This document shows positions 47,510-56,327 of a stretch of 56,327 bases of DNA, one piece after another. The notes beneath the pieces are model-generated. The model was not told the DNA's origin and made no database searches. It was given only the letters and a program-made list of their open reading frames with translations. The first letter of the stretch is position 1. The number at the start of each line of letters is the position of its first letter. The position numbers were made by a program, and so were the translations under genes. The DNA is from Fidelibacterota bacterium (GTDB taxonomy: Bacteria; Fidelibacterota; Fidelibacteria; Fidelibacterales; Fidelibacteraceae): assembly GCA_034723415.1 (NCBI GenBank), contig JAYEOX010000027.1, positions 1 to 56,327 on the forward strand, given 5' to 3'.

Positions 47510-48262
47510 ATGAAAAATAATACTAATAACAAATTAGGTGTAATTATTTTAGCAGCAGGTAAAGGCACTCGTATGAAATCTTCACTCCCTAAAGTAATTC
47601 ATAAGGTATTAAATGAAACAATGATATCTAGAGTTGTCTCGCAAGCAAAAAGCGTTGGTGCTGAAAAGATCATAGTTGTAGTTGGATATAAAAAAGAATT
47701 AGTTATTGATGCATTAAAGAATAAAGATGTAGAATTTGCTATTCAGTCAGAACAATTAGGAACAGGACATGCAATAAAAATGACAAAAGATAATTTTAAT
47801 TCTTGGAATGGTGATATATTAATTTTATCAGGAGATGTCCCATTACTTACTACAGCTACAATTGAAAAATTGATCAAGAAACATAATGAAGAAAAAGCCG
47901 ATGCAACTGTTTTATCTGCGATTTTTGAAGATCCTACCGGGTATGGAAGAATAATTAGGAAAGATGATGATACTTACTCATATTCGGTGGAAGAGAAAGA
48001 TGCGAATGATAAAGAGAAAAAGATTAAGGAAATAAATTCCGGAATATATATTTTTAAATCGAAACATTTATTCCACTATCTGCGTTTCATAAATAATGAT
48101 AATGCTCAAAGTGAGTATTATTTGACAGATGTTGTGCCAATGATGGTGGCAGAAAATAAAAAAGTATTTTTACAAGTTGCAAATGATCCAAATGAAATAC
48201 AAGGAGTTAATACAGTTCAGCAACTTAAAGATGCGGAAAATAAATTAAGGAGGAGAAGATGA
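47510..48262 (+). CDS. Nucleotidyltransferase homologous to the GlmU N-terminal (uridyltransferase) domain only
   Basis: ILAAGKGTRMKSSLPKV.H, GTGHA and LSGDVPL motifs. The protein stops at 250 aa, at the start of the GlmU linker helix. No left-handed beta-helix acetyltransferase domain follows. Confidence 0.8.
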   Translation: MKNNTNNKLGVIILAAGKGTRMKSSLPKVIHKVLNETMISRVVSQAKSVGAEKIIVVVGYKKELVIDALKNKDVEFAIQSEQLGTGHAIKMTKDNFNSWNGDILILSGDVPLLTTATIEKLIKKHNEEKADATVLSAIFEDPTGYGRIIRKDDDTYSYSVEEKDANDKEKKIKEINSGIYIFKSKHLFHYLRFINNDNAQSEYYLTDVVPMMVAENKKVFLQVANDPNEIQGVNTVQQLKDAENKLRRRR

Positions 48263-48744
48263 AAAAAATTATTTTGATATTAGTTATTTTTAGCTCCATT
48301 GCTCTCTATGGCCAATTTAATGATGATAATTCTGAGTTTTCAACCGGTGATTTAGGATTAAAAATTAACAATAATAATGATATGGCTTCCTTTTTGAATA
48401 TTTCTAATCTGCAAATGCAACATTCTATTTCAATGTCGATGGGGAATTCATCATTAGGAAGCGAGTCGTATGTTTCATATCACAACAGATTTTTTATTCC
48501 ATTTTCTGATAAATTAAATCTAAGTGGTGATGTTATTCTTAGACAGCAAGCATTTTCTTCAAATCCAATGATGCAAGCATTAGGTGAACAAAACAACGGG
48601 ATATATTTCAATACAAATTTAGAATATCAATTATCAGAGGATTCTAAGATTTCAATTGGATTTAGTAATATTCCGAGATATAATTATAATCATTATTATT
48701 ATGGAGTTAATTCATTATGGAATACAAGAATTCAAGAAAGATAA
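48259..48744 (+). CDS. Secreted protein of unknown function (possible small beta-barrel)
   Basis: Has a signal peptide (ILILVIFSSIALYG), alternating beta-like segments, and an ATGA overlap with the preceding gene. Confidence 0.55.
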   Translation: MKKIILILVIFSSIALYGQFNDDNSEFSTGDLGLKINNNNDMASFLNISNLQMQHSISMSMGNSSLGSESYVSYHNRFFIPFSDKLNLSGDVILRQQAFSSNPMMQALGEQNNGIYFNTNLEYQLSEDSKISIGFSNIPRYNYNHYYYGVNSLWNTRIQER

Positions 48745-49250
48745 AGAAAACAAAAAAGAGTTCATTATTTTTAAACATCATTGCCGGTGCTATGGTTGTT
48801 ATTGTCTTTATTTTTTTATATTCATCTATAATTGATAATAAAGCAAGAGAAGAAAAAAATAAAGATCTGTTTTCTAGAGGATTGGAAAATATTCCTGTTG
48901 CCAAATTAAATACTCAGGAAAAAATGAAAAAAGAAGTGGATGTTGTAATAGAATTGATCAATGGAAATGGTGTGAGTGGAATATGTGAAAAATATAAAGA
49001 TTATTTTGTGAGAAAAGGTATTGATGTAATAAACATTGGTAATGCGGATAATTTTAATTATGATAAAACGGTAATGTATTTACATACAGATAGTTATAAA
49101 AAAGCAAGAAAGATATCTAAAATACTAGGAGTGGAAGTTAATACTGTTCTAAAAGAAACTACACGAGCATTTAATTGTGACATGTCTATAGTTTTGGGAA
49201 AGGACTATAAAGAATTAAAGCCATATAAGTTCCTGCGAATGACAGAATAG
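48717..49250 (+). CDS. LytR_C-domain membrane protein
   Basis: N-terminal TM. VVIELINGNGVSGICEKYKDYFVRKGIDVINIGNADNFNYDKTVMY matches the LytR C-terminal domain pattern. Confidence 0.7.
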   Translation: MEYKNSRKIKKTKKSSLFLNIIAGAMVVIVFIFLYSSIIDNKAREEKNKDLFSRGLENIPVAKLNTQEKMKKEVDVVIELINGNGVSGICEKYKDYFVRKGIDVINIGNADNFNYDKTVMYLHTDSYKKARKISKILGVEVNTVLKETTRAFNCDMSIVLGKDYKELKPYKFLRMTE

Positions 49251-49322
49251 AAGAAGATAAAAAATATAATAATATGACAATATAATAAAATTAATAAATA
49301 TATTTAAAAAATAAAGGGTTAT

Positions 49323-49700
49323 TTGAATAAAATAAATAAAAAAAGCAAAAATTATTCTCAACAATTGACAGAAATGGTTGCCAATACGGCTTTGTCTATG
49401 AATGCAGAAAATATTATCATTCTTGATATGAAAAAGGAAGTTGATTTTACAGATTATTTTATTATTTGTCAAGGTGATAATAAAATGCAGATAAAAGCAA
49501 TCGCCGATGAAATTATAGGAAAATTGGAAAAAGCAGATATAAAAGATTTTAATATCGAAGGTTATGACAATAAAGAGTGGATATTAATTGATGCATTTGA
49601 TGTGATTTGTCATATTTTTGATGAAGAAAAGAGAAATTATTATAATATTGAAAATTTATGGGGCGATGTCCCACAAAAAACAATTGATGATACTAAATGA
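49323..49700 (+). CDS. rsfS: Ribosome silencing factor RsfS (TTG start)
   Basis: The DYFIICQGDNKMQIKAIADEI and WILIDAFDVICHIF patterns are typical of RsfS/iojap. Confidence 0.85.
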   Translation: MNKINKKSKNYSQQLTEMVANTALSMNAENIIILDMKKEVDFTDYFIICQGDNKMQIKAIADEIIGKLEKADIKDFNIEGYDNKEWILIDAFDVICHIFDEEKRNYYNIENLWGDVPQKTIDDTK

Positions 49701-51340
49701 TAAACAATATTAAACAATTATTAGAAAATATAATAGATAAAATATATTCGGATATCATTGATGGTCATCAAGTAAACTTTACTGTTGAAAGACCAAATAA
49801 TGATAAGCATGGGGACTTAAGTACTAATATTGCTTTAAAATTGGCTTCTGTATTAAAGGAAAATCCGATTCTTATTGCTGAAACTATTGTAAAAGAGATT
49901 AAAGATAAAAATGAAATTATTGAGAAAATTGAAATTGTAAAACCTGGGTTTATAAACTTTTTTATTAAAGATAATTATTTTCAAAATATTGTTGAAGATG
50001 TTTTATCAGAAAATCGAAACTATAAAAAATCAAATTTCGGAAAAAATAAAAAAGTTCAAGTTGAATTTGTTAGTGCTAACCCAACAGGCCCATTAACTAT
50101 AGGACATGGAAGACAGGCGGTTTTAGGAGATACAATTTCTCGTATTTTAGAGTGGAATGGATATGAAGTTACAAGAGAATATTACTTTAATGATGCCGGA
50201 AGACAGATGCGGCTTCTTGGTGAATCTGTATATGCTCGCTATATGGAATTGTTAGGGGAAAAATTAAAACTTCCCCAAGATGGTTACGAAGGTGAATACA
50301 TAAAAGATATTGCTAGGTTGTTTCTAGAAAAATATGGAGAAAAATATAGTAACAATCAAAGTGAAAAGATTTTCATTGATTTTTCTACGGAATATATGCT
50401 TAAATCAATTAAAAATACATTAAAAAAGTTGAATATTATTCACGATGTATTTTTTAATGAGAAGACACTCTATGAAAACGGTAAAATTGATGAAGTGCTA
50501 AAGAAAATGGAACAGAAAGGGAGTACCTATAAATCAGATGGAGCGATATGGTTTAAAGCGACAGAATTTGGAGCAGAAAAAGATAGAGTACTTGTTAAAA
50601 ATTCAGGTGAACCAACTTATCGCTTACCTGATATTGCTTATCATGCACAGAAATTAGAGCAAAATTATGATCAGATAATTGATATTTTTGGAGCTGATCA
50701 CCATGCAACATATCCTGATGTCGTTTCTGCATTGAAAGTAATGGGTTATGATACTTCAAAAATAAAAGTTTTGTTACATCAGTTCGTAACACTTGTCAGG
50801 AAAAATGAAAAAATAAAAATGTCCACAAGAAAAGGTAATTTTATTACTTTAGATGAATTAATTGATATCGCCGGTAGTGATGTTGTAAGGTATTTTTTCA
50901 TCATGAGAAATATGGATTCACATTTGAATTTTGATATTGAATTAGCTCAAAAGGAAACAGATGAGAATCCGGTTTATTATTTACAATATGCTCATGCTAG
51001 AATTTCAAATGTCATTAAACATAGTAAATTGAAGGGAATAAGATCATTTGAAGATGGCAATATTGAATTATTGAAAGAAAAAGAAGAAATTGATATATTA
51101 AAGGTAATATCAGAATTTGAAGAAACAATGGAATTATGTCGTACTACTTTAGAACCGATGTATTTAGCAAATTATTTACATAAATTAGCAACATATTTCC
51201 ACAAATTCTATCAAAAACATAGAGTAGTAACAGAAAATAAGGAGTTAACAAAGTCTCGATTAAAATTAATAAAAAGCATAAAGATTATTTTTTCAAATTG
51301 TTTGTATATATTGGGAATAGAAGCACCGGATAACATGTGA
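49697..51340 (+). CDS. argS: Arginine--tRNA ligase
   Basis: SANPTGPLTIGHGR (HIGH region), the KMSTRKG loop, and a C-terminal DALR anticodon-binding domain (YLQYAHARI). Confidence 0.95.
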   Translation: MINNIKQLLENIIDKIYSDIIDGHQVNFTVERPNNDKHGDLSTNIALKLASVLKENPILIAETIVKEIKDKNEIIEKIEIVKPGFINFFIKDNYFQNIVEDVLSENRNYKKSNFGKNKKVQVEFVSANPTGPLTIGHGRQAVLGDTISRILEWNGYEVTREYYFNDAGRQMRLLGESVYARYMELLGEKLKLPQDGYEGEYIKDIARLFLEKYGEKYSNNQSEKIFIDFSTEYMLKSIKNTLKKLNIIHDVFFNEKTLYENGKIDEVLKKMEQKGSTYKSDGAIWFKATEFGAEKDRVLVKNSGEPTYRLPDIAYHAQKLEQNYDQIIDIFGADHHATYPDVVSALKVMGYDTSKIKVLLHQFVTLVRKNEKIKMSTRKGNFITLDELIDIAGSDVVRYFFIMRNMDSHLNFDIELAQKETDENPVYYLQYAHARISNVIKHSKLKGIRSFEDGNIELLKEKEEIDILKVISEFEETMELCRTTLEPMYLANYLHKLATYFHKFYQKHRVVTENKELTKSRLKLIKSIKIIFSNCLYILGIEAPDNM

Positions 51341-51459
51341 GAAAGTAATATTTATTAGTTAGATATTAATCAATAAAAAAATATAGAATTAATTTATGCT
51401 AATTTAATTGACTTTTATAATTCAATAAATTAAATTTCAGTGATAAAAGGAGTAAAATA

Positions 51460-53469
51460 TTGTTAAAAATAAAAATAGTAATAATAGTGATCGCTTTCTT
51501 TACATTTGGGTGTTCAAGTACATCAAAAAGTATTGAGAAAAATGATAAAGTTAATACTGATAGTTCAATTGTAAATAATGTAGAAAGTGAAAATTTTGAA
51601 AATAAATCAGTAGAAGATAGTAATGCTGTAATAGAATCAGCTTTTGAAAGTGATCGTTTCCAGGTTTTATTTAATGAAGCAAAAATTCATTTTGCTGATG
51701 CTTTAATTGCACAGTATGAAAAAGATACTGTTGAAGTTGAATTACAATTGAGATTGACATTTGAGTCGTTATCGGATATTGAGGTTTTTAATAACTTGGG
51801 TGAAATTGAGTATAACGAATTAATGCGTTTTACTAATCGTCTGATTCACGATTTTAGGAAATACGTTCCGGATAAGGCTAAATTAAATGAACAATTTTCT
51901 GTAAGTGATATGCGTGAATCAATGGAATATTTGGCTGAAGATTATATTGTTCCCGATACTAAAGAAAAAATTAAAATAATTGAAGATAGAGAAGGTCATA
52001 TTCCGATAATATTAAATAATAGAGTTGAAAGAATAATTAATTATTTCCAATCAAAAGGAAAAAATATATTCCAAATATGGTTAAATAGTAAGTCAAAATA
52101 TGAAGTTTTATTTAATAAAATATTAGATGAAAAAGAAATGCCAAAAGAACTTATATATCTTGCTATGATAGAGAGTGGTTTTAAGCCAACAGCATATTCT
52201 TATGCTTATGCTGTGGGACAATGGCAATTTATTTATGCTACTGGTAAACGATATGGATTAAATCGAGATTATTGGGTGGATGAGAGGAGAGATCCCGTGA
52301 AATCTACTTATGCAGCAGCTAATTATTTAAAAGATCTATATGATTATTATGGCGACTGGTATCTATCTATGGCCGCCTATAATGCCGGCAGGGGAAGAAT
52401 TAATAGGGCAATTAGATATAATGATACAAGAGATTTCTGGAAAATGCATTCGCTTCCAAGGCAGACAAGAAATTATGTTCCTACAGTTTTGGCAGCAACA
52501 ATAATAAGCATGGATCCGGAAAAGTATGGTTTTCAACTTCCAAAGATAGCTACTGATAAGTATGAATATGATACTCTGCGTATTAAAAATAGTATAGAAT
52601 TAAGAAGTATTGCTAAAATATGTAATACTAAATATTCAACAATAAAGGAATTAAATCCGGAGTTGAGAAGATATTCAACTCCAAATTATGACTATGTTTT
52701 AAAAATACCAAAAGGACAAAGGAATAAAGTTAAAGGTTCAATTTCTAAAAAAATTAATGATAAAGTTAAAGAAGTTGAATATTCTGTCTATAAGGTAAAA
52801 AGAGGTGACTCATTGATCAGAATCAGTAGGATATTTGGTGTATCTGTTAGTGATATAATGTCTGTTAATCATTTAAGGAATCGTCAGCCAATATTAATTG
52901 GACAAAAACTTATAATACCTAAATCCGGATCTGTTAGAAGTACGACAAAAAGAGCATATGGAAATTATTCATCAACTCATAATAAAGTTATTTATAAAGT
53001 TAAAAAAGGTGATAATTTAGGAGCAATTGCTGAAAATTTTGGTATAAGAGCTTCAAATATTAGGAGTTGGAACAACTTAAGATATAGAGAATATATATAT
53101 CCGGGACAAAAATTAACTATTTGGACAAAGAGATCAAATTATTCTACGTCATCAAATCATAAAGTAATTTATACAATTAAAAAAGGTGATAATTTAGGTG
53201 GTATTGCTGAAATATACAATACTAGAGCAGCAGAAATTCGTAAATGGAATAATTTTTCTTATGGTAAAACAATTTATCCCGGACAAAAAATAGTTATTTG
53301 GATACCTGATAATAGTAATTCATCAAGTAATTATTATACAGTTCGTCGTGGAGATAGTTTAAAGTTAATTTCTAAAAGAATAAATGTATCAGTTCAAAAG
53401 TTGAAGCGTTTAAACCCTAATATAACACCTTCAAAAATTTATCCCGGTGATAAAATAAGGATTAATTAA
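51460..53469 (+). CDS. Lytic transglycosylase (SLT domain) with multiple C-terminal LysM repeats (MltD-like), TTG start
   Basis: Lipobox-like FTFGCSS and an SLT catalytic block MIESGFKP...GQWQF...AAYNAG. Four to five LysM repeats of the form Y.VKKGD.L..IA......I..WN. Confidence 0.85.
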   Translation: MLKIKIVIIVIAFFTFGCSSTSKSIEKNDKVNTDSSIVNNVESENFENKSVEDSNAVIESAFESDRFQVLFNEAKIHFADALIAQYEKDTVEVELQLRLTFESLSDIEVFNNLGEIEYNELMRFTNRLIHDFRKYVPDKAKLNEQFSVSDMRESMEYLAEDYIVPDTKEKIKIIEDREGHIPIILNNRVERIINYFQSKGKNIFQIWLNSKSKYEVLFNKILDEKEMPKELIYLAMIESGFKPTAYSYAYAVGQWQFIYATGKRYGLNRDYWVDERRDPVKSTYAAANYLKDLYDYYGDWYLSMAAYNAGRGRINRAIRYNDTRDFWKMHSLPRQTRNYVPTVLAATIISMDPEKYGFQLPKIATDKYEYDTLRIKNSIELRSIAKICNTKYSTIKELNPELRRYSTPNYDYVLKIPKGQRNKVKGSISKKINDKVKEVEYSVYKVKRGDSLIRISRIFGVSVSDIMSVNHLRNRQPILIGQKLIIPKSGSVRSTTKRAYGNYSSTHNKVIYKVKKGDNLGAIAENFGIRASNIRSWNNLRYREYIYPGQKLTIWTKRSNYSTSSNHKVIYTIKKGDNLGGIAEIYNTRAAEIRKWNNFSYGKTIYPGQKIVIWIPDNSNSSSNYYTVRRGDSLKLISKRINVSVQKLKRLNPNITPSKIYPGDKIRIN

Positions 53470-54332
53470 TGAGAAAAGGTAACATTATTGCTCTAATAAT
53501 TATAGGAATTATTGTAATTATATCAATAATTAAAATCAGCGTTCAAAAGAATGAATTTAATATCTCTCATTCTGGTGATATTGGAATTCTATCGTTAGAA
53601 GGTGTGATCATTAAATCGGATAAATTTATTTCTCAATTAAAAAAATATGGGAAAAGTAATTCTATTAAGGGCATTATTATTGAAATAAACAGTCCGGGCG
53701 GAAGTTCAGCAACTTCTCAAGAAATATTTGAAATGATCAAATGGATTAAAAATAAATATAAAAAACCAATTTTTATAGCAATGAAATCAGTTGCAGCAAG
53801 TGGCGGCTATTATGTTGCTATTGCAGCAGATAGCATTTTCGCATTACCATCGACATTAACAGGTAGCATCGGTGTAATAATGGATTTTCCACAGTGGGAA
53901 AAAGCATTGAATAAAATTGGGGTAGAGATGAATGTAATAAAAAGTGGAAAATTAAAAGATTCCGGATCGCCCTATAGAGATTTTACAGAAAGTGATAAAA
54001 AATATTTTCAATCTTTGGTGAATGATGTGTATGAACAATTTATAGAGGATGTCTCAGAAAGTAGGAATATTCCATTAGAAGAAGTTAGAAAATTGGCGAA
54101 TGGACAAGTATTTACTGGTAAACAGGCATATAATAATAAATTGATTGACAAAATTGGCACAACTCAAAATGCGATTGACTTAATGGCTCAAAAATTAAAA
54201 TTAGGTAAAGAACCAAAAATTGTAAAGCCGAAAAAAGAAAAGATGACACTAATTGACATATTATTTGGCGATATAAAGAATTTAGTGAAAATATTTAATA
54301 TTTATCCAACACTTCAGACAATTTATAATTAA
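53469..54332 (+). CDS. sppA: Signal peptide peptidase SppA (36K type, S49)
   Basis: INSPGGS, AASGGYY and GSIGV motifs, plus an N-terminal TM. Confidence 0.9.
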   Translation: MRKGNIIALIIIGIIVIISIIKISVQKNEFNISHSGDIGILSLEGVIIKSDKFISQLKKYGKSNSIKGIIIEINSPGGSSATSQEIFEMIKWIKNKYKKPIFIAMKSVAASGGYYVAIAADSIFALPSTLTGSIGVIMDFPQWEKALNKIGVEMNVIKSGKLKDSGSPYRDFTESDKKYFQSLVNDVYEQFIEDVSESRNIPLEEVRKLANGQVFTGKQAYNNKLIDKIGTTQNAIDLMAQKLKLGKEPKIVKPKKEKMTLIDILFGDIKNLVKIFNIYPTLQTIYN

Positions 54333-54348
54333 CAAAAGGGGGAAAGTT

Positions 54349-54636
54349 ATGACAAAAGCAGAAATTATTGGAAAAATTTCAGAAATTACCGGTTTAACAA
54401 AAGTTGAAGCGGAAACAGTTGTAAATGGTTTTTTTGCTACGGTAAGTGAGGCATTGGAAAATGGTGAAACAATTAATTTTCGCGGATTTGGAAATTTTAT
54501 TGTCAAACACCAAAAAGCAAGAAATGGTTTTAATCCAAGTACCAAGGAAAAAATTTGGATAGGTGAAAAATACAAACCAGTATTTAAACCATCAAAAATA
54601 TTAAAAGAAAAAGTAAATAACAGTTTAAAAAAATAA
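54349..54636 (+). CDS. hup: HU/IHF-family DNA-binding protein
   Basis: MTKAEIIGKISE...FRGFGNF.VKHQKARNGFNPSTKE.I.I contains the HU arm motif. Confidence 0.9.
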   Translation: MTKAEIIGKISEITGLTKVEAETVVNGFFATVSEALENGETINFRGFGNFIVKHQKARNGFNPSTKEKIWIGEKYKPVFKPSKILKEKVNNSLKK

Positions 54637-54649
54637 TGGGGGATTTAAT

Positions 54650-54742
54650 TTGTCAGGTGGAAAAAAACGAAAAAAAAGAAAAATAAAAAATCATAAGAGA
54701 AAAAAAAGATTAAGAAAAAATCGTCATAAGAAAAAAAAGTAA
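54650..54742 (+). CDS. 30-aa lysine/arginine-rich mini-protein, bS22-like (AURKAIP1/COX24-type) candidate ribosomal protein; TTG start; absent from the ORF track
   Basis: ttg tca ggt gga aaa aaa cga ... aag taa gives (M)SGGKKRKKRKIKNHKRKKRLRKNRHKKKK. SD GGGGGA at 54638-54643 lies 6 nt upstream. The KRKKR..K.HK.KKRLR..RHK pattern resembles mycobacterial/Bacteroidota bS22. Confidence 0.6.
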   Translation: MSGGKKRKKRKIKNHKRKKRLRKNRHKKKK

Positions 54743-54854
54743 TTTAGCAATTCTATTTTTCAAGATAATAAAGATTAATATTTAATATAATTATTTGTGT
54801 TTATTAATGAATAAATTAAATATTAAATAGTTATTTTCATTATATTATATAAAA

Positions 54855-56051
54855 ATGAATAAAATATTTTCGGTTAGTGATGTAACATCATTGATTAAAA
54901 ACAAATTGGAAAACGAAATTCCTTCGATGTATATTGAAGGTGAAATATCCGAGTTTAAATCGCACGGAAGCGGTCACCAATATTTTACAATAAAAGATAA
55001 TAAATCGATATTGAATTGTATTATTTGGCGTTTTACTGCAAAAAAATTGAAGATAACTCCCAAAGTGGGAATGAATGTCATCTTATTTGGTCGGTTAAAT
55101 GTCTACTCTCCACAAGGTAGGTATAGTTTTATTGTTAATTCTATTAATGAGAAAGGAGTTGGTGAATTATATAAGAAATATGAAGAATTGAAAAATAAAT
55201 TGCAAAATGAGGGTTTGTTTAATGATTCAAATAAGAAAGAAATACCAAAATACCCTTTAAATATCGGTGTGATCACCAGTAGTTCCGGAAGCGCTTTACA
55301 AGATATGTTAAAAATATTCAAACAATACGCACCTCATATTAATATTATTCTACATCCGGCAAAAGTACAAGGAAAAAATGGGGCAGAAACGATAATAAAA
55401 GCCATAAAGGAATTAGAAAAACAATCTGAATTGGAATTAATTATTATCTCTCGTGGCGGTGGTTCAATTGAAGATCTATGGGAATTTAATAAGGAAAACT
55501 TAGCAAGAGCTGTTTACAAGTCAAATATCCCAATTATTTCGGGAGTTGGACACGAAACCGATAATACGATAATTGATTTTGTTTCTGATCATAGATGCAC
55601 TACACCAACAAATGCAGCCGAATATTCAGTTCGTTATTGGCAAGATCTGGGTATAAAACTCAATCAATACGAAAGTCAATTATTTCAAAAAATTGACAGA
55701 AGATTATCTTATGATAAATTGCGTTATGATCAATTAATTAATAGTTATGGTTTTAAAAGACCTAAAGATATTATTATTAAATGGAAAGAATATTTGAATA
55801 ATGAAACTAAAAAATTACAAAGGCATGTACTTGATAAAATTGAAAATACAACCACTAAATTAAATTATGGAATTAAACAATTAAATGCATACAATCCTGA
55901 TAATATTATTAAAAAAGGATATTCAATTGTATATAATATAGATGGAAAAGTAATAAAATCTATTAAAACAGTTAAGAAAAATGATGAAATAAATGTAAAA
56001 ATAAATGATGGAACAATTAAAAGTATCATTAATGAATTAAAATCTAATTAG
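54855..56051 (+). CDS. xseA: Exodeoxyribonuclease VII large subunit
   Basis: N-terminal OB fold (YIEGEISEFKSHGSGHQYFTIKD) and a catalytic core with GVITSSSGSALQD, SRGGGS.EDLW and GHETD. Confidence 0.9.
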   Translation: MNKIFSVSDVTSLIKNKLENEIPSMYIEGEISEFKSHGSGHQYFTIKDNKSILNCIIWRFTAKKLKITPKVGMNVILFGRLNVYSPQGRYSFIVNSINEKGVGELYKKYEELKNKLQNEGLFNDSNKKEIPKYPLNIGVITSSSGSALQDMLKIFKQYAPHINIILHPAKVQGKNGAETIIKAIKELEKQSELELIIISRGGGSIEDLWEFNKENLARAVYKSNIPIISGVGHETDNTIIDFVSDHRCTTPTNAAEYSVRYWQDLGIKLNQYESQLFQKIDRRLSYDKLRYDQLINSYGFKRPKDIIIKWKEYLNNETKKLQRHVLDKIENTTTKLNYGIKQLNAYNPDNIIKKGYSIVYNIDGKVIKSIKTVKKNDEINVKINDGTIKSIINELKSN

Positions 56052-56093
56052 GAAGTTTCAGTATTGTGTGAACAAATTAAATTAGGATTAAAT

Positions 56094-56303
56094 ATGACAA
56101 AAAAAAGCAATAAATCATTTGAAAAATCAATTCAACGATTGGATGAAATAGTTCAATTATTAGAATCGGATAATATCCCATTAGAAGAGATTATTACTTA
56201 TTATAAAGAGGGAGTGGAAATAAGTAAGTATTGTAAAAAGATATTATCTGATACTGAAAAAAATATGAAAGTTATTACCGACAAAATGAATGATAATATT
56301 TAA
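56094..56303 (+). CDS. xseB: Exodeoxyribonuclease VII small subunit
   Basis: SFEKSIQRLDEIVQLLESDNIPLEE pattern. I prefer the ATG at 56094 to the tracked TTG at 56064. Confidence 0.85.
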   Translation: MTKKSNKSFEKSIQRLDEIVQLLESDNIPLEEIITYYKEGVEISKYCKKILSDTEKNMKVITDKMNDNI

Positions 56304-56327
56304 AAATTTAGAAATAAAAGAAATAAT

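Noticed and set aside
1-56327. Mobile elements, prophage, defence islands and toxin-antitoxin pairs.
   Set aside because: No transposase, integrase, recombinase, phage structural, restriction-modification, Cas or TA-like ORFs are recognisable in any frame of the provided track.

Overview
This is a very AT-rich bacterial chromosomal window (roughly 30% G+C by eye, not computed). It is densely packed and almost entirely on the + strand; only 2 genes lie on the - strand. Content is mostly housekeeping: kamA-ablB, pgi, plsX, the thrS-infC-rpmI-rplT-pheS-pheT cluster, zapA, rny, folD, a TamB/Omp85 pair, a MoxR-DUF58 module, hisS, tsaC, htpG, miaB, panD, rsfS, argS, sppA, hup and xseAB. A DUF4835-like lipoprotein, a Bat-like MoxR module, a bS22-like mini-protein and RNase Y suggest an FCB-group lineage (Ignavibacteria/Bacteroidota-like), but this is inference only. 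I found no rRNA, tRNA, CRISPR array, transposase, integrase or recognisable defence system. The most unusual signal is non-coding. Four otherwise AT-rich gene boundaries (1956-2557, 7246-7673, 39951-40218, 41458-41545) carry a modular family of G/C-containing repeats. Module 1 is a purine-rich array of degenerate heptamers, (GGANNNN)5-7. Module 2 is a 47-48 nt element with a CCCG-N6-CGGG hairpin core, present in 3 same-sense copies plus one inverted and one partial copy; the stem changes in copy 3 are G-U wobble-compatible only on the + strand. Module 3 is a set of perfect mini-hairpins with GAA triloops. Module 4 is an octamer array. The heptamer array, an AT spacer and the 48-nt element recur in the same order at two loci. 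At a third locus, purine and pyrimidine heptamer arms overlap the last codons of a thioesterase gene and the first codons of a conserved unknown gene. I propose this as a candidate undescribed structured RNA or MITE-like repeat family. Other notes: an un-tracked 30-aa bS22-like ORF, an ATT-initiated infC, an acyl-CoA-ligase-like gene whose conserved N-terminus lies upstream of any canonical start, and an EF-G paralogue with substitutions in catalytic GTPase motifs. All homology calls come from motif recognition by eye; no searches were run.
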